The position numbers and the translations under genes are program-made. From Camelus ferus (lineage: Eukaryota), in contig NC_045696.1 of NCBI RefSeq assembly GCF_009834535.1, positions 112,222,001-112,286,000 of the forward strand: DNA of 64,000 bases, in the 5' to 3' direction. The notes below the pieces were generated by a model. That model saw only the letters and a program-made list of their open reading frames with translations, ran no database searches and was not told the DNA's origin. This document shows positions 53,820-64,000 of the stretch, piece after piece (position 1 is the first letter of the stretch; every line of letters begins with the position of its first letter).

Positions 53820-54604
53820 GGAACGCTTCCACAGCCCACTGACCCTCTTGGTTAACCCCTGGAGGAGCTCCTCTTGCACATGGCCAGAGGCTCTCCCTCT
53901 GAAGTCAACACGCGCTCTGCCAGTACAAAGAAGCCAAGGATCCGGCCCCGTTAGGGAGCTTCCCCTGTGAGTCATGGCATGTGCCTTCAGGCCTGAGTTC
54001 CAAACTTTTGAACTTCTGCTATGGCGGGAGAACTCACACTTGACCTCAAGGTCTTCTCTCCTGACTATGAAATTGCAATTGAAATATTGCAATTTTACAG
54101 AAATACATGAAATGCTCTACGGGCATAGTTTTGGTGAGTTGGTTCTTCTGCGTTATGAAATAGCCACAGTTTTTACTAGTATTTGCATGGTCTGATAAGC
54201 CAATCATCTAGAAATACATCTCAGAGTTCATTACCTTATTCACCAAAGAATGAATCAGACTGGACAATGAGGGGTTGCAAAAATGACTGTTTCAAAAAGA
54301 GAAGTTTATCAGCATCAGGGTGGAGACTTGAAAAATGGTGACATTACCAAAGATGTCCTCCCTTGCCATTTTAGACAGAAGTGACTGACCACGGCCTGAC
54401 ATTCTGGCGGAATCAAGGTCTACATAGTTAAAGTTAATCGCCGCTGCTCTGCCGTGATCCAGCAGTGCTCCCGTGCCAACAAGATGCTGTTCTAATGTCA
54501 CGTTCTTAAACGTTGCGCCAGCTCTCACCACAGCTGCCATCTGCATGCCAGCCTTTAGCAGGACTGACTTTTAATTTGTTGTTTAAAAGTTGCTGTGAGC
54601 TTCA

Positions 54605-55150
54605 GGAAACTGTTTGGTAGAAAATACTGAAGCTGAGTGTACTCAGACCCCGTGACCCAGTATGTTCACTTGTGGGGCACACTCAGTGGAAATGTGCAAG
54701 GATGGGCCCCAAAAGACACGCATTAGGATGCTCCCAGCCTCCATATTTGCAGTAGTCCAACACTGGAGACTTCCCAAAGGCCCACTGACAACAGAATGGG
54801 TAAATAAAATGTGGTGTATATTTACACAATGGACTACCATACAGAAAGAAAGAAGAACCACCAGCAGCTATGTGGGATGATACAGATGATCCCATAAGCA
54901 TAGTGGGTCAAGGAAGCCAGGCACGGAGAACCAAGGATGTATGATGTAGCACGCAGAGTGCAAAACAGGCCCCCCAAATCTACGCCAGTGGAAGGCAGGA
55001 TAGTGTGACCCTCGCAGGGCAGTGAGGGCAGTGGGAAGGACAGAGGATTGGGGTGCAGGTAATCTGGTTCTGACCTGGGTACTGTGAAGCCATTGAACTG
55101 TCTGCTTATAGTATAGATACTTTTCTGTATGTGTATCACGCTTCCATTAA
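54605..55150 (+). mobile_element. Old L1ME-like 3' fragment
   Basis: ACAACAGAATGGGTAAATAAAATGTGGTGTATATTTACACAATGGACTACCATACAG; ends TATCACGCTTCCATTAAAAGTT. Confidence 0.75.
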
Positions 55151-55164
55151 AAGTTAAAAATAGT

Positions 55165-55300
55165 GGGGAAGAGTATAGCTCCAATGGTAGAGCACGTGCT
55201 TTGCATGCACGAGGTCCTGGGTTCAATCCCCAGCACGTCTTCTAAAAATAAATAAACCTAATTACCTCCCCCCACCAAAAAAAATATCTAAAAAAAAAAA
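55165..55300 (+). mobile_element. tRNA-derived SINE (Vic-1-like) with TSD
   Basis: TATAGCTCCAATGGTAGAGCACG..GGTCCTGGGTTCAATCCCCAG; TSD aaaagttaaaaata (55149-55162 / 55301-55314). Confidence 0.93.
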
Positions 55301-55764
55301 AAAAGTTAAAAATAAAATCCTGTGGTGGGCAAAGAAAAAAAGAAGCAAAGAATTCTATTTAAATTAAGACTATGCAAACCCTGGGGGAAGCCTGAGAGGT
55401 CTGCTTATGAGCCGAGAACAAGAGCATTAGTGGTTATGACGCTCAGGGGTGCCTCTGGCTTCCTTTCTGTGCCCGAGCTTCGGTTCCCCAGCAAATAATC
55501 TCCAGTAATTAAGACTACTACACATAGCTCTACCTGGAGTTTCCTTAGTTAAATTGCTTTGGTGTTTTTCAGTTCACACAGATATGGACTTTAAGCTAAC
55601 AATCAGAGGTTTTCAATATATATTTTTCTTCCACATTCATAAAAAAGTGGGACATAGAAAAATGGGCACATTCATGGAAAATAGCACCAGACAGACTAAC
55701 ATGTGATCTGATAGATGACATGAAGAGCACGCTGTCTCATATTTAACCAGATACTCATTTCTTT

Positions 55765-56640
55765 AGAAATGAAGTCAGCATCTCAAAGACACACCTGCCC
55801 TCCTATGTTCATGCAGCATTATTCACACTACAAGTTATGGAAACAACCTAAATGTTCATGGACAGAGTGGATTTTAAAAATGCAGTGTCTTTAAGCAATG
55901 GAATAATATTCAGCCACAAAAAGAGGAAAATCCTGCCATTTGCAAAAACATGGATGAACCTGGAGGACATACGGTAAGTGAAATAAGCTAGTCACAGAAA
56001 GACAAATACTACATGATTCACTTTTACATAGAATCTAAAAGAGTAGAACTCATTAAAGCAGAGAACAGAATGGTGGTTACCAGGGGCTGGGAGGTGGGGA
56101 AAATGGGGGGACACCGGTCAAAAGGTACAGAGGATCAACTATGCAAGATAACTATATTTTGTAAATCTAATATATATAGCATGGTAGTGATAGTTAACAA
56201 TGTAAGATTGTATACTTGAAATTTTCTAAAAGGATAGATTTAGTCCATTTATTTTAAATTTACTAAGCAACTATTTTATTTTATTTTTTGGTGTTATTTT
56301 TTGGGGGGGAGGAGATTAGGTTTATTTATTTATTTATTTTAATGGAGGTACTGGGGATTTAACCCAGGATCTTGTGCGTGCTAAGTAATACAGTGTACCA
56401 CTGAGCTATTCCCTCCCCACTAAAAGGATAGATTTTAAATTAAATCTCACCACACAGACATACACACACACACATACACACATAAGGGTAACTATGTAGG
56501 TGATGAATAAGTCATTTAGCTATGAGACGTCTTTGACAAAGACTATGCGCTTTTCGCAGAGTATATGTATATATAAAAACACATCAAGTTGTACACCATA
56601 AGTATATACAATTTATGTCAAAGATATCTCAAGAAGATTG
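55765..56640 (+). mobile_element. L1MA-like 3' end interrupted by a SINE
   Basis: ATCCTGCCATTTGCAAAAACATGGATGAACCTGGAGGACAT..GAGAACAGAATGGTGGTTACCAGGGGCTGG..CATCAAGTTGTACACC. Confidence 0.88.
56272..56418 (-). mobile_element. tRNA-derived SINE (Vic-1-like) with TSD
   Basis: GGAGGTACTGGGGATTTAACCCAGG..CCACTGAGCTATTCCCTCCCC; TSD ctaaaaggatagattt (56226-56241 / 56420-56435). Confidence 0.92.
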
Positions 56641-57132
56641 TTTGAAAATATCCATTAATTTATATAACGTAGGCAGTGTTAAATAGCAACTTGTCAGAAT
56701 TAATTGATGCTCAATTGAGCATAAATAGTCTATATTATTGAGTTAATTTCTGCATTGGGCTTATTTACTTAGGTAATTTATCCATTTTCCTTTGAGTTCG
56801 ATTCTGAAAAATATGAGAATAAGAAGTGGAGTCTAGATACACTTTTAAACTTCAGTCCATCATTAGTTCTTTGTCCACTGGTGTTTAACAATCTCATTTT
56901 AACTTATTAGAAGAACATAGCAATGCTCATCCTTTCATCCCTCAGTTAAATAGAAATACTTGACAAAACAAGTTGACATTTTGCAAGATATACCTCTTTC
57001 CCTCAGACAGACCTTATGTTCCTGGCAAACGAGAATATTTTATGGAGGCAAATAAGTAGTATACACAAGAATAGGAGAGTGACAGAGAGAAAAGAGAAAG
57101 GAAAATAAAATACAGTTTGTAATTGTTTAAAT

Positions 57133-57357
57133 CATGGGTCTGAAAATTATGGCCCCTGGGACAAATTTGGCCATCACCTGTTTTTATAAATAAAGTTTTA
57201 TTGGAACACAGCCATGCTCACACATTGATGTGTTGTTTACGACTGCTTTTGTGCTACAACAGCAGAGTTGAATAGTTGCAACAGATACTACAGGCTACCC
57301 AAAACCAAAAAAATTTTTTATCTGGCCCTTTACAGAAAAAGGTTTTCAATCCCTGGT
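57133..57357. mobile_element. MER58-type hAT MITE
   Basis: AATAAAGTTTTATTGGAACACAGCCATGCTCA..ACAACAGCAGAGTTGAATAGTTGCAACAGA..ATCTGGCCCTTTACAGAAAAAG..CCCTG. Confidence 0.88.
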
Positions 57358-57869
57358 TTAAATGACAAAATTTACATTTAGATTTCAAATTTCCAATTTG
57401 AGCCACGGGGAGATGAACCAGACAGATATTCTAAGCTGTTGCCAGAGTGCTCATGCCATGGGAAAATACATATATCTTTCTCTATGTGTTATTGACTATT
57501 ATTAATAAATTTCCACTAGACCATAATGGCTTCTATAATATATTGCAAAGTGTACTATGTGCAGGGCAGTGTACCTTCCACGGCTTTGGAAATTAATCGC
57601 CAAGGCACTATGATGATATATGTTCAGTAAAATCTTCTTTGTCATGTTTTTGTAGAAATGGCTTAAATTCATGCTAACCAAGAAGGCTTATAAAAATTCC
57701 TCCCCTCTGCATCGTACTCACTCTGTTGTCAAAGCAGCTCTTAGGATCCTTTCCCACTTCCTCCTCTTGCCACACTGAAATAAAATAACATAGCCAAGTG
57801 CCTTGAATGTGCCTTGGTCCTTGGTAATAGGGTCATATCCTCAGGATCAATAAAATCAATTGATTTAGT

Positions 57870-58080
57870 GAATAAGAGTAACATTTGCTGAGTGTTTACT
57901 ATGTCCCAGGTCTGGCTCTGTGTGCTTTACGTTTATTAACTAAATTAATTCCCACAACTATCTCAGAGACGTATGGTTATTTCCATTTTGACAAGATGGA
58001 AACTGTAGTGCAGAAAGGTCATTTACCCAAAATTACACAATTGGGGTCTGGACTAGAAACTGAATTCATATCAATATTAA
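57870..58080 (-). mobile_element. MIR SINE
   Basis: AACATTTGCTGAGTGTTTACTATGTCCCAGG..TTCCATTTTGACAAGATGGAAACTG. Confidence 0.75.
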
Positions 58081-58124
58081 AGAGTAGTACATATCGAGTG
58101 GTCTTTTATATGATAGATCTAAAA

Positions 58125-58355
58125 GCAAGAGTTTGCCAACTTTTAAAAATTTCGAGCCAGACAGTAAATATTTTTGGCTTTGTGAGTCAGACAAGGTCTC
58201 TTTGCAACTTCTGGTCTTGTATTTAAAAAAAAAAATCACGGACACGACATAAGCAAATGGGCATGGCTGTGTTCCAATAAAATCTCGTTTACTAAAGCAG
58301 GCTGCAGAATAGACAGCCTGTGTGTGCCAAGAGCTGTAATTTGCCAACCCTTGGT
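58125..58355. mobile_element. MER58-type hAT MITE, opposite orientation to 57133-57357
   Basis: GCCAGACAGTAAATATTTTTGGCTTTGTG..AATGGGCATGGCTGTGTTCCAATAAAA..TTTGCCAACCCTTG. Confidence 0.85.
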
Positions 58356-60079
58356 CTAGACAATCCTGCTAACCTCCAAGTTGTATTATTTTACGTACCG
58401 AGCACTGTGTGGGTGTGGGATGGGAATGAGGAAAGGTGAGAATGTGATTCTTTCTAGAATCAACTAACACACAAGTCTTCTCTGCTAGCCAGTATCTAAT
58501 TCTATTATGCTCTAGCCCAAACTGATAACCTCAGAAGTCAGGGAGCCTATGTGGAAACCTCATCTCGAGAAAGTGGAGGAAAATGATCCAGCTCTTGAGG
58601 AAAATGTTGTAAAAGATATGTGAGAGAGCCGGTGGGTTAATTTCAGGAGGATGGGGACTGTGATCACGTCATGAATGGGATGATCAAATGTACCCCATTT
58701 ATTTAGAGTTTCTGTGTTTTAATTTTGAAATCAAAATTGACTATAGGAAGATGGCAGATGAGCGCTTTTTGGTCACACCTCAAGGCAGATGGATATATAA
58801 GGTCCAAAATATATTCTGGAGACAAACTAACCTTCCAACACAAGGGAGGCTATTTTCAATTTGTTTTGCACAGGGCATCACAGTAAGTCTGAGAACTCAA
58901 ATGTTTTCATGTTTCCAATGGGGTGGAGGATAGAACTAAAACCCCAGGTCCACACTGCACAATTTGAGCATGTTGCTCCCAGAAGAAGGGAGCCCACCTA
59001 AGGGAGTATAGAGGAGCTGAAATGCTCTCTCTAAGCCATGCTTCCCCAGATCTGCCTGTCTCCAGGGTGTTTCCTTTCTCTATTTTCACAAAGGCACCCT
59101 CTAGTTTATCCACAGTCCTATAAAAAATCGACTTTGGCAAATCTTTGGGTTAAGTATGACTGCATGGATATGAAGTGGGATCTCGTGCTAGCCTACATAA
59201 CGCCAGGTTCTCATCACATCTACACACGTGCCTGTTAGATATCGATTCCAAGTGTCTTCCATAGTCACCCCCCCGGCAAGACTGTGCACCCGCACAGGCA
59301 CCCCTGCCTCCAAACGGAGAGGTTCAATGATAATAAGCCAGAAACAATGAAGGGAGGAGTCAACAGCTTTCTCTGGTCTCCAGTGATTGTTGCCTAATGA
59401 ACCTGACCCTGCTGCCTGCAGGTGGAGGTCCAGCTGACCGTGATTGGGACAAGTGATTGGGACACACAGAAATGGGAAGCTGAGTCTGGACTGAGCTGGT
59501 CTGTGGACTCACATGCATTTGTGGCCACTTGTCACAGTGATGGTGAGAATGGGTAAAATGTCCTCAGCCCTCTGTTTCCCTTTTAACTTAAAACCTCTTT
59601 TTGATATAAGGAGCTATGATTCATGTTTGTTTTCAAACATGAGACTGAACCCAGGGCACTACTCCTCTTACATCTTCTGTGTGGGGCACTTTATTAGGTG
59701 AAGAGCTCCTGGATAGGAGGAAAGACCTTTTCATGAACCCCAAGGACAATAAAGTAACTGGGGGCTTCTCAGGAGAATGACCGGCCCTGTGTCCAGGCCA
59801 GCATCTCCTGCAGGTGAAGAGAAGGTATAAGTTAAGCATCTTGGGGAACTGGCAGCCAAATCTGAAGGGTTCAGGGTGACCCCACTGCTTTTTTAAGAAG
59901 GGAAATGCATTTCTTCTGTAAAACAAATGAAGAAAAGAAAACAAAAATGTCTGTTAGAGAGCTGGATCAAATGCATGGTGCAGTGGGATGTTTTGTTTCT
60001 TTCCTAAGAAAAAGAAGAGCAAAACAATTAAAAAGAATGGGACAGAACAATATATTTCAAGACAGAATGGTGCTGAATC

Positions 60080-60965
60080 AACAGCAAAGGAAACCATCAA
60101 CAAAATGAAAAGGCAACCTAGGGAATGGGAGAAAATATTTGCAAATCATATATCTAATAAGGGACTAATATCCAAAATATATAAAGGACTCAGGCAACTA
60201 AAAAAATTTTGATTAAAAAAATGGGCAAAGGATACGAATAGATACCTTTCCAAAGGAGACACACAGATGGTCAACAGGCACCTGAAAACATGCTCAACAT
60301 CATTAATCACTAGGAAATGCAAGTCAAAACCACAATGAAATAGCACCTCATATCCATCAGAATGGCTATCATCAAAAAGACAACAAATAATAAATATTGA
60401 TGAGGAGGTGGAGAAAAGGGAACCCTTGTGCACTGTTGATGAGAATGTAAATTGGTGCAGCCACTGTGGAAAATACTATGGACGTTCCTCAAAAAATTAA
60501 ACATAGAACTACCATATGATCCAGCAATTCCACTCCAGGGTTTTCATCCAAAGGAAACAAAACAGCTAACTTGAAAAGATATCTGTACTCCCATGTTCAC
60601 TGCAGCATTATTTACAGTAGCTAAGTGCCCATCGAATAGATGAATAAGTAAAGATGTGGTATATATACACAATGGAATATAATTTAACCATAAAAAAGAA
60701 GGACCTCTTGCCATTTGCAAAAACATGGATGGAACTTGAGGGTATTATGCTATGTGAAATAAATCAAGATAGAGAAAGACAAATACTGTGTGATCTTACA
60801 ATCTAAAAAAACCAAAAACCAAAAAACCAAACTCATAGAAACAGAAAACAGAATGACAGTTGCCAGAGGGAAGGGGTGGGTGAAATGGGTGAAGACAGTC
60901 AAAAGGTACAAACTTCCAGTTCTAAATAAGTCCTTGGGATATAACATATAGCATGGTGACTATAA
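60080..60965 (+). mobile_element. L1MA-like ORF2 end and 3' UTR
   Basis: [58 protein letters not shown]. Possible degenerate TSD aagacagaatggtgct / aagacaaaatggggct. Confidence 0.92.
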
Positions 60966-61384
60966 AAGAAAGACAAAATGGGGCTAATATTTAGGACAAG
61001 ACTACATCACAGATGGGGAGGGAGGGGGTACTACAAAGGTGGGCCTTATTTGTATTATTTTTAAACATAGAAAATAAATGTAAAATGAGAGCAAGTGACT
61101 TACTTATCTGTAAAATCAACAGGAGAAATCTAACTGAATCACTGGAATAAAGCTGAACCATCAATATTTAACTGTCAATATATGAATGAGCATTTCCATG
61201 AATCCTGATCTCCAACGGAAATTTATACTGATATTCTTATAATTCAAAATTTCACAATATTAGAATAGGAACTTTCTCCTATTATAAAATTAGTTTCCTC
61301 TTATAGAAACATGAATCTTTGGATCCTTAGGTTCTAATTCAAAACTACAAAACATGCATGCTTTCCCTAGAAGAGCATGCATTC

Positions 61385-61590
61385 TTCATTCATTCATTCA
61401 TTCAACAAACATTGACTGAGCCCCTCAATGTTGTTCTAAGTGCTTTGAGTCCCTCAGGGAATAAAACAGATGAAAATGTTCACTCTTTTTGAGTTTTCAT
61501 TCTAGTAAAGAAAGGGAGACAAAATAAATAAGTAAATTGATTTAGTATATTGAAAGGTTTATGTAGTAGAGAAAAAATGAAGCAGGAGGA
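61385..61590 (-). mobile_element. L2 3' end
   Basis: (TTCA)n-ACAAACATTGACTGAGC..GTTCTAAGTGCT..CATTCTAGT. Confidence 0.75.
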
Positions 61591-62984
61591 AAGAGGACTA
61601 ACGCCATTTTTATTTATTTTTGTTTTGTAATTTTACTAGTTATTACTTGTCAGAAATGAAGAGTTGCTTTTTCTATATGTTTGATATGTGGTTTGCCTAA
61701 TATTACGCAGAGTATGTAAGAAGAACGTGGAATGAGGAAGAAGGAGAGAGGAAATGTGAATACATGCCCCAGATCTGCTGTGAATCCTTGGGCAAGCACA
61801 TGACCTCGCACAATCTCAGGTTCCTCATCTGTAGGATAAGGGCATTGAACCCCATCCTTTATTTCTAAGGTTCCTTCTCATCTTAACCTCATGCTTCTGT
61901 GATTCTAAGAATACAGCTTACTTTATTCCTAGAGTAGTAAACAACCATGAAAAGAAAGGTGGCGGGGGGAAATCTCTTTCCTGAAATTCATATAATCCAT
62001 TTTGACTTGGTTGAGTAGCCACACCACAAGCCTGGGACTGCCTACTGCGAAGTCACTAAAAATTGATTCCGACACTCAGGGCCAGTGTAGGTAAGTGGTC
62101 AATGTGGGTGATGAAAATTAGAGCCAGACTTCCCTGGAAGCTATCAGGCATGACTGGGCAGCCACAGCATGTGAGCACTATGATGGTACTCACCCTAACA
62201 TCATTTTTGCAGGAAGAATGATTGAGGTAGTTCTAGGGTACCTCCAGTCTACAATCATATTTGTACGTCTCACACCAAGCATCCAAACACTATTAACATG
62301 CTAATCTTTTCCTTAAGTGATTCCTGAAGCACACATGAAGCTTAGAAAGAAAAGTTACCTGGAGTGGGTAGATGGCATGGGTGGTGACCCCCAGAGATTT
62401 CTTCAGTTAAGGCTTAAAATGAAAACAAACTTAGGAGACCTGAGCTGGAACTATATCCCCAGTTAAACTGTCCCCAGTATTCCCAGACCAACCAGCAAAA
62501 TCTTCAGTGTAAAGCATCAGCAGTTTATACATTTTCACCTGAATGTTAAAATGTGAACTGAATAATTTAGGAGTAAAAACTTGAGTGAGCAATAGAGACT
62601 CCCTCTTGAGAATTAGAAATTTCACATGGAGAAGCCTTAAAATGTCAACTTAATAAGAAAAGGACACCAGCTATCCACATTCTATAAGGCAGTCTTATAC
62701 TGCACAAGCTAACAGAACCAGAGATGGGGGTCATCCAAGATGGAATATTTCCAGCATAGGTAAACTGATGTTGGGCAAACATTTGGCTATAATATTAGTA
62801 TATATATCGCAGAGTATAGACATTTGGGCAATCAGATACACTAAAAAAGGCATCTGAGTGTAGGTAATTATCTATCCTATTTTAAAAACATTTATGGCAA
62901 GTTGATTGTTTATCTTCCAGGGAAATGGCATCATGGTATTTCTCTGATGATCAAAAGGCTAGGTAGCCGTGAATTAGTATCTGC

Positions 62985-63430
62985 TGTAGGAGATGCTGTC
63001 ACTGGCAGAAACTAGCCCATATCCTCTGCCCACTGATCCCTTCAGAGCATCCTAACTGCCAGTACTTCCATCTCTTTCCTAGAGGGCTTTCTTTGGCCAC
63101 CTGATCTCACTCCCACCGTGGTGTGGTAGCAGGAAGTGCTGGCAATTAGCATCCTTCCTGGAGAACTTCAGTCAGTGGGTTGGTGGATAAATAACCAAGC
63201 TGTTTGCCCCTTGGGTGGGGTAACTCAGAGATGCAGGTTCTACACTGTCTCCTAGAGTCTTCCTTTGGGATTAAGTGTCAGTTGCCCACATGGTAATTTG
63301 TGTGATGATGCACACTTTACTGCTTCCTTCTCTTACACGTCTTACTTTCTACCTCCTCAATTTCCAGCACCTCTTAAACTATATGCACTTAATTCTTTGT
63401 CACAGAGTCTATTTCTGAGGGAACAGTAAG
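62985..63430 (+). mobile_element. ERVL solo LTR (LTR16-like)
   Basis: TGTAGGAGATGCTGT..GCCCCTTGGGTGGGGTAACTCAGAG..TTCTACACTGTCTCCTAGAG..GGGATTAAG..CAGTTGCCCACATGGTAA..GTCTATTTCTGAGGGAAC. Confidence 0.78.
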
Positions 63431-63864
63431 GCGTAAGAATGTCCCAATGAAAAGTAAGGCACTGAGCAGAAAATATCATCATTTTCTATATAGATACAAG
63501 CAATTCTGAAAATTTGAAATTCTGTCAGTGGCACACCTGCTAGTCTACTCAACAGGTAGATGCTGACCATGATGCAGACTTTAAAGTGACTTGGAGCAAA
63601 CAGGAGAACAATGTAAAAATAACCACAGAATTCCCCAAGAGTCTTGCTTGCTTGCATTGGATCATTAACCAAAGAATTGATTTAAAAGAGTCATAAACAC
63701 TGATTGTAGGAAATTAACAGATCATATATAATTCAGAGATATAGAACTTTGGGTATTTTATGGAAGTTGTGTATGTGTTGATATTATACCATTACCAATG
63801 TTTTATGAAAACATAGTTTTTCCTTTAAATATGTGATTGTATTCACAAAATTACCACATGTAAT

Positions 63865-64000
63865 TTTATTTTGTTTTTAACTTTATTTTTAGTTTTTGTC
63901 CCCCCGCCAATATTATTGACAATCTTCTCAGTGCGGTACATTTTGTCCCCATAGCTCATTACTTTGTAAATAGAAGTTTGTACCTCTTAATCTCCCTCAC
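63865..64000 (-). mobile_element. Probable L1 3' fragment running off the window
   Basis: T-rich tract, then ..GTACATTTTGTCCCCATAGCTCATT..TAGAAGTTTGTACCTCTT. Confidence 0.55.

Noticed and set aside
61098..61128. Apparent 4-nt microexon on the minus strand (ttttacag ATAA gtaagt)
   Set aside because: ATTTTACAGATAAG...TAAGTCACTTGC resembles a deleted MIR core, and there is no gene context.
1..64000. ORF-track entries as host genes
   Set aside because: They are short, often have non-ATG starts, overlap repeats or are low complexity. The only recognisable proteins are decayed L1 ORF2 and Tigger transposase pieces. No coherent exon chain was found.

Overview
Non-coding, repeat-rich mammalian genomic DNA (intergenic or deep intronic). 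Four copies of a short tRNA-derived SINE (GGGGAGGGTATAGCTCAGTGGTAGAG...GGTTCAATCCCCAG...AAACCTAATTACCTCCCC) resemble the camelid Vic-1-type SINE, so the source is probably a camel, alpaca or llama (inference from recalled consensus). I found no host protein-coding exon, RNA gene or CRISPR array. The ORF-track entries are chance ORFs or decayed L1 and Tigger fragments. The window holds young and old L1 fragments, L2, CR1/L3, MIR, MaLR/ERVL/ERV1 solo LTRs, hAT and Tigger MITEs, and a near full-length Tigger1-type transposon (35.6-39.0 kb). The most notable structure is a ~280-330 bp inverted copy of an L1 3' end plus its unique flank, from 5256-5532 to 12005-12337, with microhomology junctions. 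Also notable are a perfect 17-bp hairpin at 14821-14857 and an anomalous G-rich block inside an L1 tail at 45.15-45.3 kb. I see no evidence of a new multi-gene system. Repeat family names are from memory and boundaries are approximate unless TSDs or TIRs are quoted.
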